DNA of 64,000 nt, from the NCBI GenBank assembly GCA_003427395.1, contig BFEA01000037.1:73747-137746 (forward strand). Reading direction: 5' to 3'. The position numbers and the translations under genes were made by a program. Shown in pieces: positions 12,101-23,320 of the stretch. This DNA is from Chara braunii. Its lineage: Eukaryota > Plantae > Charophyceae. The notes under the pieces are model-generated. The model worked only from the letters and a program-made list of their open reading frames with translations. It was not told the DNA's origin and ran no database searches. Position 1 is the stretch's first letter, and every line of letters starts with the position of its first letter.

Positions 12101-13231
12101 ACCCCTCTTTGAAGAACAATCCAAGTGCACAGACTTTAACAGACAATCATAAATCAATAAACGGACTTGAGACGCTTATATAGATCCTTACAGATCAATA
12201 AACTCAAATGCATGCCTCAAATAAGTAACCCATATAAATATTTCTGAAAAGGATCGTCATTGAAATAATATAACAGCAAGCACCTAGTCCTCACATAACC
12301 AGACATTGGGCATGCTTGCTTACATCAAATTTGGCATATATGGATGAGTTCAACATATAACTCACAAGAGATATCCTCAGAAAAGACTAGTCTCAAGTCC
12401 TTAGCTTCAACCCATAAATTAAAATGGATGGTCCAAACTTGGAAAGATTCAAGCGAAGGTCTAACATCATCTACACCTCACCGCATTATTAAAAGTAATA
12501 AAAAAAAACCTAAATGTTAACCCCTTCACTGCTATTCCGGCTGCCCCTAGGATCTTATATCTTTCTCGCAGAGAGGTTACTATGCAACTACGTCTCGTAG
12601 TCTCTTCTATTGAGGTCATAGCATGGTATTCCCTGCATCTATCTGCTGCCTTATATGTCTAGTTCAAACACATCATGAGGGGCAGACCTCATACTATAAT
12701 GACTATATAGGCCGAACAGCCAGTTAGAACCCAGACCTCAGGATCTTAGTCCATACTTAGCCTAACCCTCCTTGAAGTCTCTCGGCGATTTCCAACTTAA
12801 TAGGCCCCTTCACACATCTTCAGCCTCACTCTTATGCAAAGGTACCCAGTTGCTCTCATGACCACTCAAACAATTCTTCCGACCATAATAGGTCCCTTGC
12901 AGGGCCAACTCCCACAACTATCATACTTAGCCATGTTGATACCACCGCATCTCACCTTGGCCATATCAACCATACAAGACATCGTCCAAAACTCACAAAC
13001 TTTTAAAGTCAGAAGAGGGCATCTACTCCATCTATTACCATGCTAGTCAGAGTACGTGATCACATAGTCAAAACATCTATCTTCCTTATGTCATCGTTAC
13101 GTCACTAGCCACAACCAACTCACACAATCAACTCCCACTCGCTCTCTATTTAATACCTCCAATCAATTAACCATAAATTCCAAGGAAAACTTTCTATTTT
13201 GCCCAGCTCTCACTTTCTCATACCCGGATGT

Positions 13232-13720
13232 CATTCCACCAGGGACAACAGCAGGCAACCGTTATCCCCGGCAACAGCGCCACCTGTCGAGCGCATTGGT
13301 TCGGCACCGCACAAGGCAACGCGGGACCCTCCCGGTCGCTTCACACAGGAGTTAGTTCTTAATCCTCGTCATGATTATACATGGAGCTTCAGCAAGCCGC
13401 TCCGACCGAGTGCTCCAACCATACCTCTTACGAGCCCCTACGACGGGATAGGGCTTACGCGAGGCACGACTTACCTCCACCTTACGAGAGTTGTCACCTC
13501 TCTTTGGTGGGCGTATCCCCGCCGAGCTACCAGTCCACAGTACGAAAGCTGATCAGCTGCAATCGCAAAGGTGGACCAGCCGAGGGCGTTTCTCGTTTGC
13601 TGTAGCATAGGGGGCACACAGGGTATTACGCCTCTATCGGACCCGCATGCGAACCGACGCCTCGGGGGGTTGAGGTCCCAAGTGCGACTCGTCGCCGGTC
13701 GACTAGGACGCATCCCACGC
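13232..13720 (-). ncRNA. Conserved structured leader element, copy C
   Basis: Homology to A/B/D. Ends in a long hairpin followed by GGA-ATG. Confidence 0.6.
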
Positions 13721-15074
13721 TCCACGCGCACACCACTATAAAGAACATAAAAATAAAACACACATACACACGTACATATACTTATACAGAATGACACTGA
13801 ATAAACAACGCGACAACACTCCTAGTCTCTTAATAGCCGTCCCATAACTTTCCAGTGCGGAAACCGGATAGGCGTCACTCGCGAGACTAAGTATAGAACC
13901 GCGCGAACGCAGGGCATACTCAAATCGACTCGCAATGCAAGCGTGCGCGAACAGTCGCAATGACGACGTACTATGTAGTACCCATAATCAAGCGGTCCCT
14001 CGTGGATCCGAGTACCGCTTATGACATTCAAGTGTCAGACTCGAAGTGTCGTGAGGGTTTAATCCCTCACGACATTGCACGACTGAAAGAATAGTCGTGC
14101 GACCGCTGCGAGACCTCTGACCTTTAGCCCGAGCATCTCGGCAGGCAGGACAAATAGGCCCTACGCAAGGGGAGATTCCTTTCCTGCAGAGTCCAGGGTC
14201 TGGGATGTCCTAGACAAGGACCTCGAATCCAGGCTCAGGACTAACGTCCGACTAAGAATTCTTCAAGAAGCATACAAACAAAATAGAGGGATTTTCCTTC
14301 TTTTCTCGATCTCAACCCCTAATTAGATCTCTAAGCGTGGGCCCTCTCAGGCCACGCGAACACCCAACATAGGTTCACATACATATATATATATACCTGT
14401 AAGGGGGATAAATATGTGACGATCACTTCTCACAATCACAGTGGGGCTCCTCACAACCCTATATATATGTGATCGTAGGCAGGTCGATCCAAATCCGAAC
14501 CACCATACATACCTACAATTACATCAAAGAGTCAAACGAGAGTGCACGCACTACACGGAGTCAACTTCAACCAACCTCTACACTCATACATCTCGCTTTA
14601 GTCATGCAAGCCCCAGTCTCCCGTCCAACCAACCATATTTAAATACACAGTACCTTTGTTAAATGACCATTCAATAAAAGTTTGTGTGAAACCTTAATAA
14701 AACAATAAAATCACCAGGGCTAAAGCCTTTTAGGTTGAGTATTGAGGATGAATGAGAGTCGAGTCGTAGACCGACAAATCGGCAACCAACCTATTATCCG
14801 TGATAACAGAAGGTGATCCTCATAGGATCAAGCTGAATCTAGCCCAAATCTTGAATCAGTCGATCAAGAGGACCTGTAACACATGACAAGCCAGTCCCCA
14901 GGCTAAATCTATAAGTCCATGAAGAATAATCCTCATATCACGATCTCACTCAAATCATCCTAATTAACTAAACATAAACCTACCTCTAAGCAAGTGTCAA
15001 AAGAAAGGTCGACCCTGACAGAATCTCCTCTATATAGAGTGGATTTTCCAGAATTGTTATCTATCAAATATAAT

Positions 15075-15900
15075 CTAACTCCTCTAAGCTAGGAAAATTT
15101 CGACAGCGCTTCCCGTAGGAAAAGTGTCATCGCAGAATTTATATTAGCTCAAAAATGAAACTTATAATTCTAGAAAGTCTGTTATCGCAGAATTTATGTT
15201 AGCTGAAAAATCAAACTTATAATTCTAGAAAGTTAAAATTTTTCTAACTCCCTGAATTAGTACAAATTTTGGCAACACTTCTTTTAGAAAGCGAGACTTT
15301 CCAGATTTATACTAAGTCAGATATGAACTCAAACATAAAATATAAGTTCAACTGAGATAAAATTTAAGTAACTCCTTAGATTTGTAGAAATTTCGGCAGC
15401 GCTTCCTGTAAAGAGAGTGCTATTCCAAAATTTATACAAAACCAAGTTTATAATGTGAAATGATTTTGACTTTTCAAGGTCTAATTTTTTCTAACTCCTT
15501 GAATTAGCAAAAATTTGGGCAGCATTCCCTTTAGAAAAGGAGGCTTTCCAGATTTTTGCTAAGCCAAAAAGTCAAAAGAACTTCATATTGAAAAAGACAA
15601 AATCTGACTAACTCCTTGGTTTGTAAAAATTTCGGCACCGGTTCCCGTAGAGAAAGTGACTTACCAAGATTTATACAAGGCCAAGTATAACAAAAAAATC
15701 CCAGAAAATGCAGAAATTAGCATTCCCTTTAAAAAAGGAGGCTTTCCAAATTTTTACTAAGCCAAAAAGTCAAAAGAACTGGACCCTGAAAACGACAAAA
15801 TCTAACTAACTCTTTGGTTTGTAAAAATTTCGGCAGCGCTTCCCGTAGAGAAAGTGACTTACCAAGATTTATACAAGCCCAAGTATAACAAAAAGATCCC
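15075..15900. repeat. Degenerate ~120-bp tandem array (taactcc...aaattt.ggcagc.cttcc...agattt)
   Basis: Units start near 15077, 15246, 15369, 15492, 15609 and 15807. Confidence 0.75.
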
Positions 15901-16170
15901 AGAAAACGCAAAAATTGACCCAAGTAAAATTAAACTTAGCTTAGAAAATGAAGAAATTGACACTAACTCCTATGGCTCTAGCACGTGACGAGCAGCTAAA
16001 GCAACTACCTATCAAACTGGAACTCGGACTAAGTAGTAACCTCACTCAGTTATATGCAAGTCAAACCACAAAGGTAAGTACTCTCACCATCCCAAAGTCA
16101 ACTTAGCAAACAATAGTTCATAGTCTTTCAATGATTTATCGCTTTATACCCAGCTTACACAAGGCATAAA

Positions 16171-16866
16171 GCTAGACCACCCAAACTTATGGAACATGTC
16201 TAGCTCAGCCATGAAGTATACACAAACACAAGGCACAACGATTTTTCTCTTCTTTGAGCATATGACAAGGCCTCCCTAGTCGCCCCGAGCTGTTCAAATA
16301 TCCCAACTTTATACACTTGTCTGCACTTAGTCCTTTGAGGTAGCATATAATTGAGTCGATCATCTTCCGCTCAAGACTCAGTCTGCCCCTTCGTACCCCA
16401 ACTTGGTGATAAGCTATAGTCAGATCACCCAAACTTATGGAACCCTTTCTAACTAGCCTGTTTATAGATAATACAATAATAAAGTATAGTCGAATTATAA
16501 CCTTATCGTTCCAGCATGTGGGAGGCGTTGGACCAAGACCACCCAAACTTATGAAACATGTCTCGGTCCTCAGCCTGGTTCATTTGTCTCAAAACCAAAA
16601 CAGGAAGAGGATGAGTCACCCAAACTTATGGAACATGCTCAAACCTCCTCGTTCAGAAGCTAAAGAAACTCACAAAACCCAAAGTAAACAAGGCGACCAA
16701 GCCACCCAAACTTATGGAACATGCTTGGTCCCTGAAAAGTCATTCACATTCAGCCCTCACAAGACAGAGCAACCAGACCACCAAAACTTATGGAACATGT
16801 CTGGTTCTCCACGCAATTCAAAAATAAAAATAGCACTTGGCCTTCCCAAACTTACGGAACTGGCCC
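16171..16866 (-). repeat. Array of ~8 hairpins with constant 20-nt core CACCCAAACTTATGGAACAT and variable self-complementary arms
   Basis: Examples: gctagac-core-gtctagc (16171), ggaccaagac-core-gtctcggtcc (16530), gaccaagc-core-gcttggtc (16695), aaccagac-core-gtctggtt (16770). Strand inferred from the host element and a G.U pair. Confidence 0.85.
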
Positions 16867-17340
16867 AGCCCTTGATTGACCCCGTCCAACTTCATGCAAT
16901 ACTGCCTTTCTCCCATCCTTCCCTCAGATAAAACCCCACGATCTTCTTTTAGTCAAACAATGGAACTGAAACTGACATTGTGCATACCTTCCTTTACTTA
17001 ATCTGGTTTTGTTCTAAAAGTCAAACTCAAAAGTCAAAGTAAAGGGACATGTAGCATATTCAGTCAAAATATAAAAAGGAATATAGATAGGGGCTATAAC
17101 AAGGTTTATAGAGGGGAAACAATGATTACTTTTTAGTTCCCTGCTTCCAAAAATCCTCCCGAGTTCCGGTAGAGCTCCCGCAATCGGTGATTTGACTCCC
17201 AACAGAGTCTTGGTGCGGTCCTACAAGTTGCAATCCCGCCTGCCGCCTTCCTCTCAGAACTGGATTAGACTTAGAGTAAGAAGGCAGAAGTTAAGGGGTT
17301 TCAAACGCTCGAGATACAAGAGAGGGACTAACTCAACTCT

Positions 17341-17365
17341 CAGAGGAGGGTCTTGTTACCGTCAT
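17341..17365 (+). other. Possible PPT plus start of a plus-strand LTR (agaggagggtct|TGTTACC)
   Basis: Purine run followed by TG, as seen at 43870-43897. No partner LTR found. Confidence 0.3.
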
Positions 17366-20300
17366 CCGCCTGAGGGCCCCGCAATGCTGGTCAAACCACG
17401 CTGCAGCCTGATCAACTGAAGCCGAACTGCTAGCTGTTGACTATCTGACGATCCTCCCGTTCTTCCGCAATAACCTTCCCTTTTAATGAAACTTAACCCC
17501 CTCGTTGAGCCTTGTGACCCAAGGTATCTTGGCCACAGACACGTCGGCCTCCCTCCAGCTGCCTTCGTTGGTGGGTATTTTGTGCACCAGCCAGCCACCT
17601 AGCCTGCACCTCTCAGTTGACCTGCTGTAGCTTTATCCAGCAGCAAACAGCGCTGCCAACTAGAGACTGAACATGCAATCTCCACCACTCGTCTCCCTTC
17701 ACTTCAACTAGCGGCGAAAAGCATACCGCTGAGCAGGTCGGTATGCAACTCTCGTGGTTGGTCTACTTGCGTGCACTGGCTAGTGGCATAAGTGGTATAC
17801 CAGGCTACCTGCCAACAGATAAGTCTGCAGTCCCACAGTTCTTTCTTCGATTGGCTTACTCTGCCCGCGCGATCCTCCTTCCTCATGCAACAGCAAGTTC
17901 GGAGCCACGTACGTCCTCTTTTCGCCAGTCTTCTTCCTTTTTGCCAAGGTCAAAACTTCTCCCTGGTTCTTTCTCTCCTCCTACGCTTCTCATTCTTTGC
18001 GCACCGCGGCTGGCCTCTCACTGGTTCCATCGGCAGGACGAACAACACACAATAGGATGAAAGGTATACCGGCTAGCCAATAGATCTGCAATGTCTGCGT
18101 TCATAACCCTCCTGCAGTACCCAAGTTTGATAGGCTACGAAGCATGCCAGCCTGCGATTTGCCATCAACTTCTTTTGTTGCTTGATGTCGTTTTTAGCTG
18201 GTGAGACAAGTGGCCCACCGGCCATCATTAACTAGTAATTCTCACGGCTGGCTCTCTCCTTACTGTCTCCAACAAGGTGGGTCTTCTCCTTTACTGTGTC
18301 CGTGTCTGCTGCCTCCAATCCGACTTGGTTCCAATGTCGGCCTGATACAACCGGACTCAGATGCGTCTCAAGCGGCCGAATGTGCGAGAGACCCACCTTC
18401 GAGACAAGCCCGCTTTCCTCCTTTCCATGAACTGACTCCTCTTGTTACTCCGTAGATGAATTTGCCCGACGCTCACACGAGATACATGCACCACAAGTTT
18501 GTCCGCTAAGCGCTGTGGAGCAACTGAGTGGACATAGCAGGTTCACGCCCCTACAAACACGAATGCACCTCGACTAGATAGGTACACTCAATCCTTTCAA
18601 CTTCCTTTTCTACCTCTTCCTGCGTACTACCCATCACCTTCGCACGGTATCTGGCTGCATTCAATTGTCTCTAAGGGCCGAGGTGCACGACATCGACTTC
18701 TCGAAGCACGATGACTTTCGGAGGGGAGGAGCATCTTCGGCTCAAAGAGGAGGCCTGCGTGCGGGGCATCGATCGAGCGAGGCACGCAGATGAAATAGAA
18801 AGCGACTGCTTTCATCGATAGTGAGCGACACACCCTCCTTCTTCACCCTCTCTCTCTCTCTCTCTCTTCCTTTCACACACGTACCTCAGATGCCTTCGAC
18901 TACGATGGTACGCCACAACTACAACGTCTGCGTCGACGTCGTTCGATCTAAAGCCCGACCACAAGCCACACCGCTCCTACGAACTATTCATACACAGAGT
19001 AGGGAGGGGATATCCCTTTCGATAGGATAAGCAAAATCGAAACGAATCGTCTACTAGAACCTAGGTAAATTCATCTCCCTCATTTTTAGCCCCCTCACCA
19101 TTCCTCCGCGGAACTCATACGATCGGCGCTTCCAATTTCGTTACTCCAACGTGAAAACTAATCCCGCTATTGCATTCTCCCTGCCATAAAACCTCAGTCC
19201 AATATTTGAAATCAGAAAAATCGGTCATTAAATGACCGAGTTATCCCTATTTCGCTCTTCTTCTTCTGCAGTCTTCGCCATCTCCGCGCAGTCCTTTCTC
19301 TTTCTATCACCCAACCTACTAAGTCTCTCCTTAATCCGACTTCACATTCATATTCGCCCGTTCCTAAAACGATAGAAACGCCTCTCTCCATGCCTTGTTC
19401 CTTTCACGGACGTCTACGCTACATGCTCACTCCCTATCTTCCTTCTCGTTTCCTTCATGACCTCACGCAGACACTTTCTTTTGTGCCAACTAACTCACTA
19501 ACTCGCTGCAAAATCTAACCCCTCCAGTGGATTCGCCCTACCTTGATCCCTCGAAATCGCCTCTTCCCCAGCTCGTTTCCGTCGAGTATCAAGCTGGTTA
19601 CGAGATTTGCATTCCTACCATAACTACTTCCTCCGCTTCGCCATCCCTCTTTTCGAATGTATCTAGCGCGGTTTTTGTGCAGGTTCCATTCTTCTTTTCC
19701 CCCTCTGCTTGTCTCCGCTGCAGTCCCTCTCACTCCTTAGGTTAGCGCAACACGGACCGGCAACGAGCGCCCATCCCAGCACCGTTGTTTCCCCTACCAG
19801 AGTTTCCTCTAGCCTCGCCCTGTTCAGACGCTACCTGCGCGGTCCTACAGAATGGGGAAACGGTCTTCAACAGCCCCATGAGAAACTACAGGTGGAGCCA
19901 GCCCCTGGGCGGTTCAACAAGTCTTCCGCCCCTATACCCAAGTTCGACGAACAACCTGCTCAGAGGGCCGCACACTTCCGCCCCGGTACCCCTGGCCGGC
20001 ACAACTTCCTGCCCTTTCGGGTCCTAGGAGCACAACTCACCCGAGGCCTCTTATTGCAAGTCGTGGCTTGCGGGAAATATATCCCCTGGCCACGACTGCC
20101 CATGCCTATCCCACCATCTCGCGGACCCCTCACGCGGCCTCGGTGGTAATAGCAAATATTCAAATGAGAACTTTGAAGACCAAAGTGGAGGAAAGTCCCG
20201 CGGGCATACTCACACCCAACCCCTCCACCGAGGGCTGCGGGGAACGGATGGCGCTCCCGCAAAAAGTCCCGCCGCTCAAGTTCCTTCCGGCCTGGGGCTA

Positions 20301-21084
20301 ATCACCCGTTGGTTCGTATGTACGTCGGTTTCCCCGGTCCGTGCTTCAATCAAGGGAGTTCGGCAGCATTTCGAACCTGTAGAAACCAAACGGGCCCATC
20401 AACTGAGGCGCATACTGAAGGTCCTCGACTGTCGCGGTGATCATTAAGTCCGGCGTCGCGCCCTAGTTAAGGAGCGTCGTAGCAAGTAATATTAATACAA
20501 TATATATATATATATAAATTAGAAACTTTTAAACGTCAGAGTATGACGAAACGAGGGAAAAGAAAAACTAGCACTACTTTGACGCCGCCGATGGCAAAAC
20601 CAAGAGGATAGCCCCCGCCTTATTACTGCTTAGTCTTAATCCCTGAATCTCCTGAATAGAAGTCCGACGTTATAACCAACAATACTAGGCCCAAGACTGG
20701 GTCTAGTATTGACTGACACCTAAATAAAGGGATACTGCGTGACGCGCAGATCTATCAAACATTCTCAGACTCACGTTGTTGTCGATTTCGTCCTCCGTAC
20801 GTACGCACCGTTCACATGCAAGCGCACCAATTAAAAGACAATCTTTTTAATCTTAGTTTAATCAGAAATAAAAGATCTGGCCGACGATCAACACCGACTT
20901 TCACGATCATTAAGGGGAAAACAGATCATGCGCGCCTTAAGCCTGCGCGCCCACATACTCTCTACTGTAGTCAACCATCCAGTCAACGCAAACCACAGAC
21001 GCAGCCGCGCCTCGCGTGGTATACCTAGAGTTTAAACTAAACCCATTAATTGTTTCTTGCAAAACCTAGGGCGCATACCCTTGT

Positions 21085-21570
21085 AAGCGTTGCCAAATTT
21101 TTTACAAAACCAAGGAGTTAGTCAAATTTTAACCTTTTAAAATCGAACTTATCTAAATTTCATTTATGACTTAGTAAAAATCTTGAAAGTCTTCTTTTTT
21201 AAATGACGTGTTGCCAAAATTTTTGTTATTCAGAGAGTTGAACAAAATTGGATCTTGAGGAGTCAAAGTTATTTTGTCTAGATAGAACTCAAGTCTTACG
21301 TTTGAGTTCATATCTTACTTAGCATAAATCTGGGAAGTCTACCTTTCTAAATGCGATGCTGCTCAAATTGTTATTAATTCAGGGAGTTACACAAAATTTA
21401 ACTCTGTAGAGCTGAGAATTATTTCAGCCATCCGAATTTTAGTTAATATAAATTATGAAAAGACATATTTCCTATGAGAAGCATTGTCGAAATTTTTTTT
21501 AGTTAATATAAATTCTGAAAAGACATATTTCCTATGAGAAACGTTGTCGAAATTTTCTTAGTTTAGAAGA
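21085..21570. repeat. Inverted homologue of the ~120-bp array
   Basis: Reverse complement of the 15075-15900 units. Confidence 0.7.
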
Positions 21571-22849
21571 GATAAATTATATTTTGATAGGTGATGATTT
21601 TGACAACCCACCCTGAATAAGGGTAAACTTAGACTTAGTGGATAGATAGTTTTGAATAAGAATGTCTTGTGGAGATTTATTCTCCATACACTGATGATAT
21701 AGCTTGGGCGTTGACCTGTCTTATGATACAGGTCCCTTTGATCGTTCCGACTTAGGATGTGGACTAGTTTCATGTTGATCCTATAATGATCATCTTTTGT
21801 TATCATTGATAACAGGTCGGTTGTCAATGCTTCGGTTTACGATTCAACTTCAACCTACTCTCGACTACCCAACCTAAAGGCTTTAGCCCTGGTGGGTTTT
21901 ATTGTTTATTAAGGTTTGCACCCGGACTTTTATTGCATGACAATTCAACGAAGGTATTGAGTAATTATTTTGGAAGGTTGGGTAAAGGTTGGGGCTTGCA
22001 TGGCTAAAGCAAAGGGTATGCGTATAGAGGATGGTTGAATTTGACCCCATGTAGTGCGTTAACTTTTGGTTGATTCCTTAATGTGATTGCAAGTATGTTT
22101 GTGGTTCAGAATTTGAAATTGACTGTCTGCGATCACATACATATATATGGATGAGTGTGATTGTGAGAAGTGATCATCACATATTTTTTCTCCTTTATAT
22201 ATATATACATACTGATGCTTGAGTGTTTGCGTGACCTACAGAGCCCACGTGTAAGGGTTTAATTGGGGCTGAGATTGTGAGAGGAAATAAGACTTTCTTC
22301 TTTTACCATCTTTTTGCTTCTTAAAAGTTTCTTGATCGGACGTTGACCCTAGGCCTGGATTCGAAGTCCTTCTCCAGGACATCCTAGGTCCTAGACTCGG
22401 CGTGACAGGGATCACCCCTCGCGCAGAGTTTTTTGCCCTGCTCACCAGGACACTCAACCTAAGGGCCGGAGGTGCCGAGAGGGCCGAACGGCTGTTCCTT
22501 CAATCGTGCAATATTGTGAAAGGGCTCGACTTTCATGATACTTCAAGATTGACACTTGAGTGTTATAAGCGGTACTTGGATCCACGAGGAACCGCTTGAT
22601 TATGAGCACTACATAGTACCCTTCACTGTGACTGCTTACGTATTCAGACATTGTTAGTAGATATGTGAAGACTCTACGTTCGTGTGGTTTTATACTGAGT
22701 CTCAGGCGTGTCGCGTATCCGATTTTCACATCGGAAGGTTATGGGATGGTCACTAAAGGGACTAGGATTGTGTTGTGTTATTTTGTTTTGTGGCATTTCG
22801 TGTGTGTGTGATTATTTTTATGTTTTAAGTGTGGTGTAACGCGTGGTAT

Positions 22850-23320
22850 GTGGGATGCGTCCTAGTCGACCGACGACGAGTTGCGTTTGGGACTTCAGCC
22901 CCCCAGTGCGTCGGTTCGCGAGAGGGTCCGATAGAGGCGTGGGACCGCGCGTACCCCTATGCTACAGCGAACGAGAAACGTCATCGGCTGGTCCATCTCT
23001 GCGATTGCAACTGATTAACTTTCGTACTGTAGAGTGGTAGCTCGGCGGGGATACGCCCACCGAAGAGAGGTGACAGCTCCCGCAGGTAGAGGTAAGTCGT
23101 ACCTCGCGTTTGACTCTATCCTGTCGTAGGGGCGCGCGTTTGACCCTATCCTGACGCACTTGGCCGGAGCGGCTTACGGAAGCTCCATGAGTAACGTGAC
23201 GAAGTAGAACAACTCTTGCGTGACGCGGCCGAGAGGGTCCCGCCCTGCGAGGGACCGATGCGCTCGAGAGGTGGCGGCGTTGCCGGGGATGACGGTTGCC
23301 TACCGTTGTCCATGGTAGCT
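22850..23320 (+). ncRNA. Conserved structured leader element, copy D, directly upstream of gag remnants
   Basis: Homology to A/B/C. Confidence 0.6.

Larger units (their letters stand above)
9400..17000 (-). mobile_element. Decayed retroelement internal region related to element 1-7450 (boundaries approximate)
   Basis: Contains leader copy C. 11560-11930 is homologous to 1130-1540, and 13230-15900 is an inverted homologue of 21085-23320. Confidence 0.5.

Noticed and set aside
16171-16866. True CRISPR array
   Set aside because: Eukaryotic TE context, no cas genes, irregular spacing, and repeat flanks pair with each other. Reported as a hairpin array instead.
20188-20400. RNase P/MRP RNA (GAGGAAAGTCC ... 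AAACCAAACGGGCC)
   Set aside because: Only the CR-I-like word matches. P4 pairing is imperfect and no other conserved regions are seen. A cmscan would be needed to revive this.
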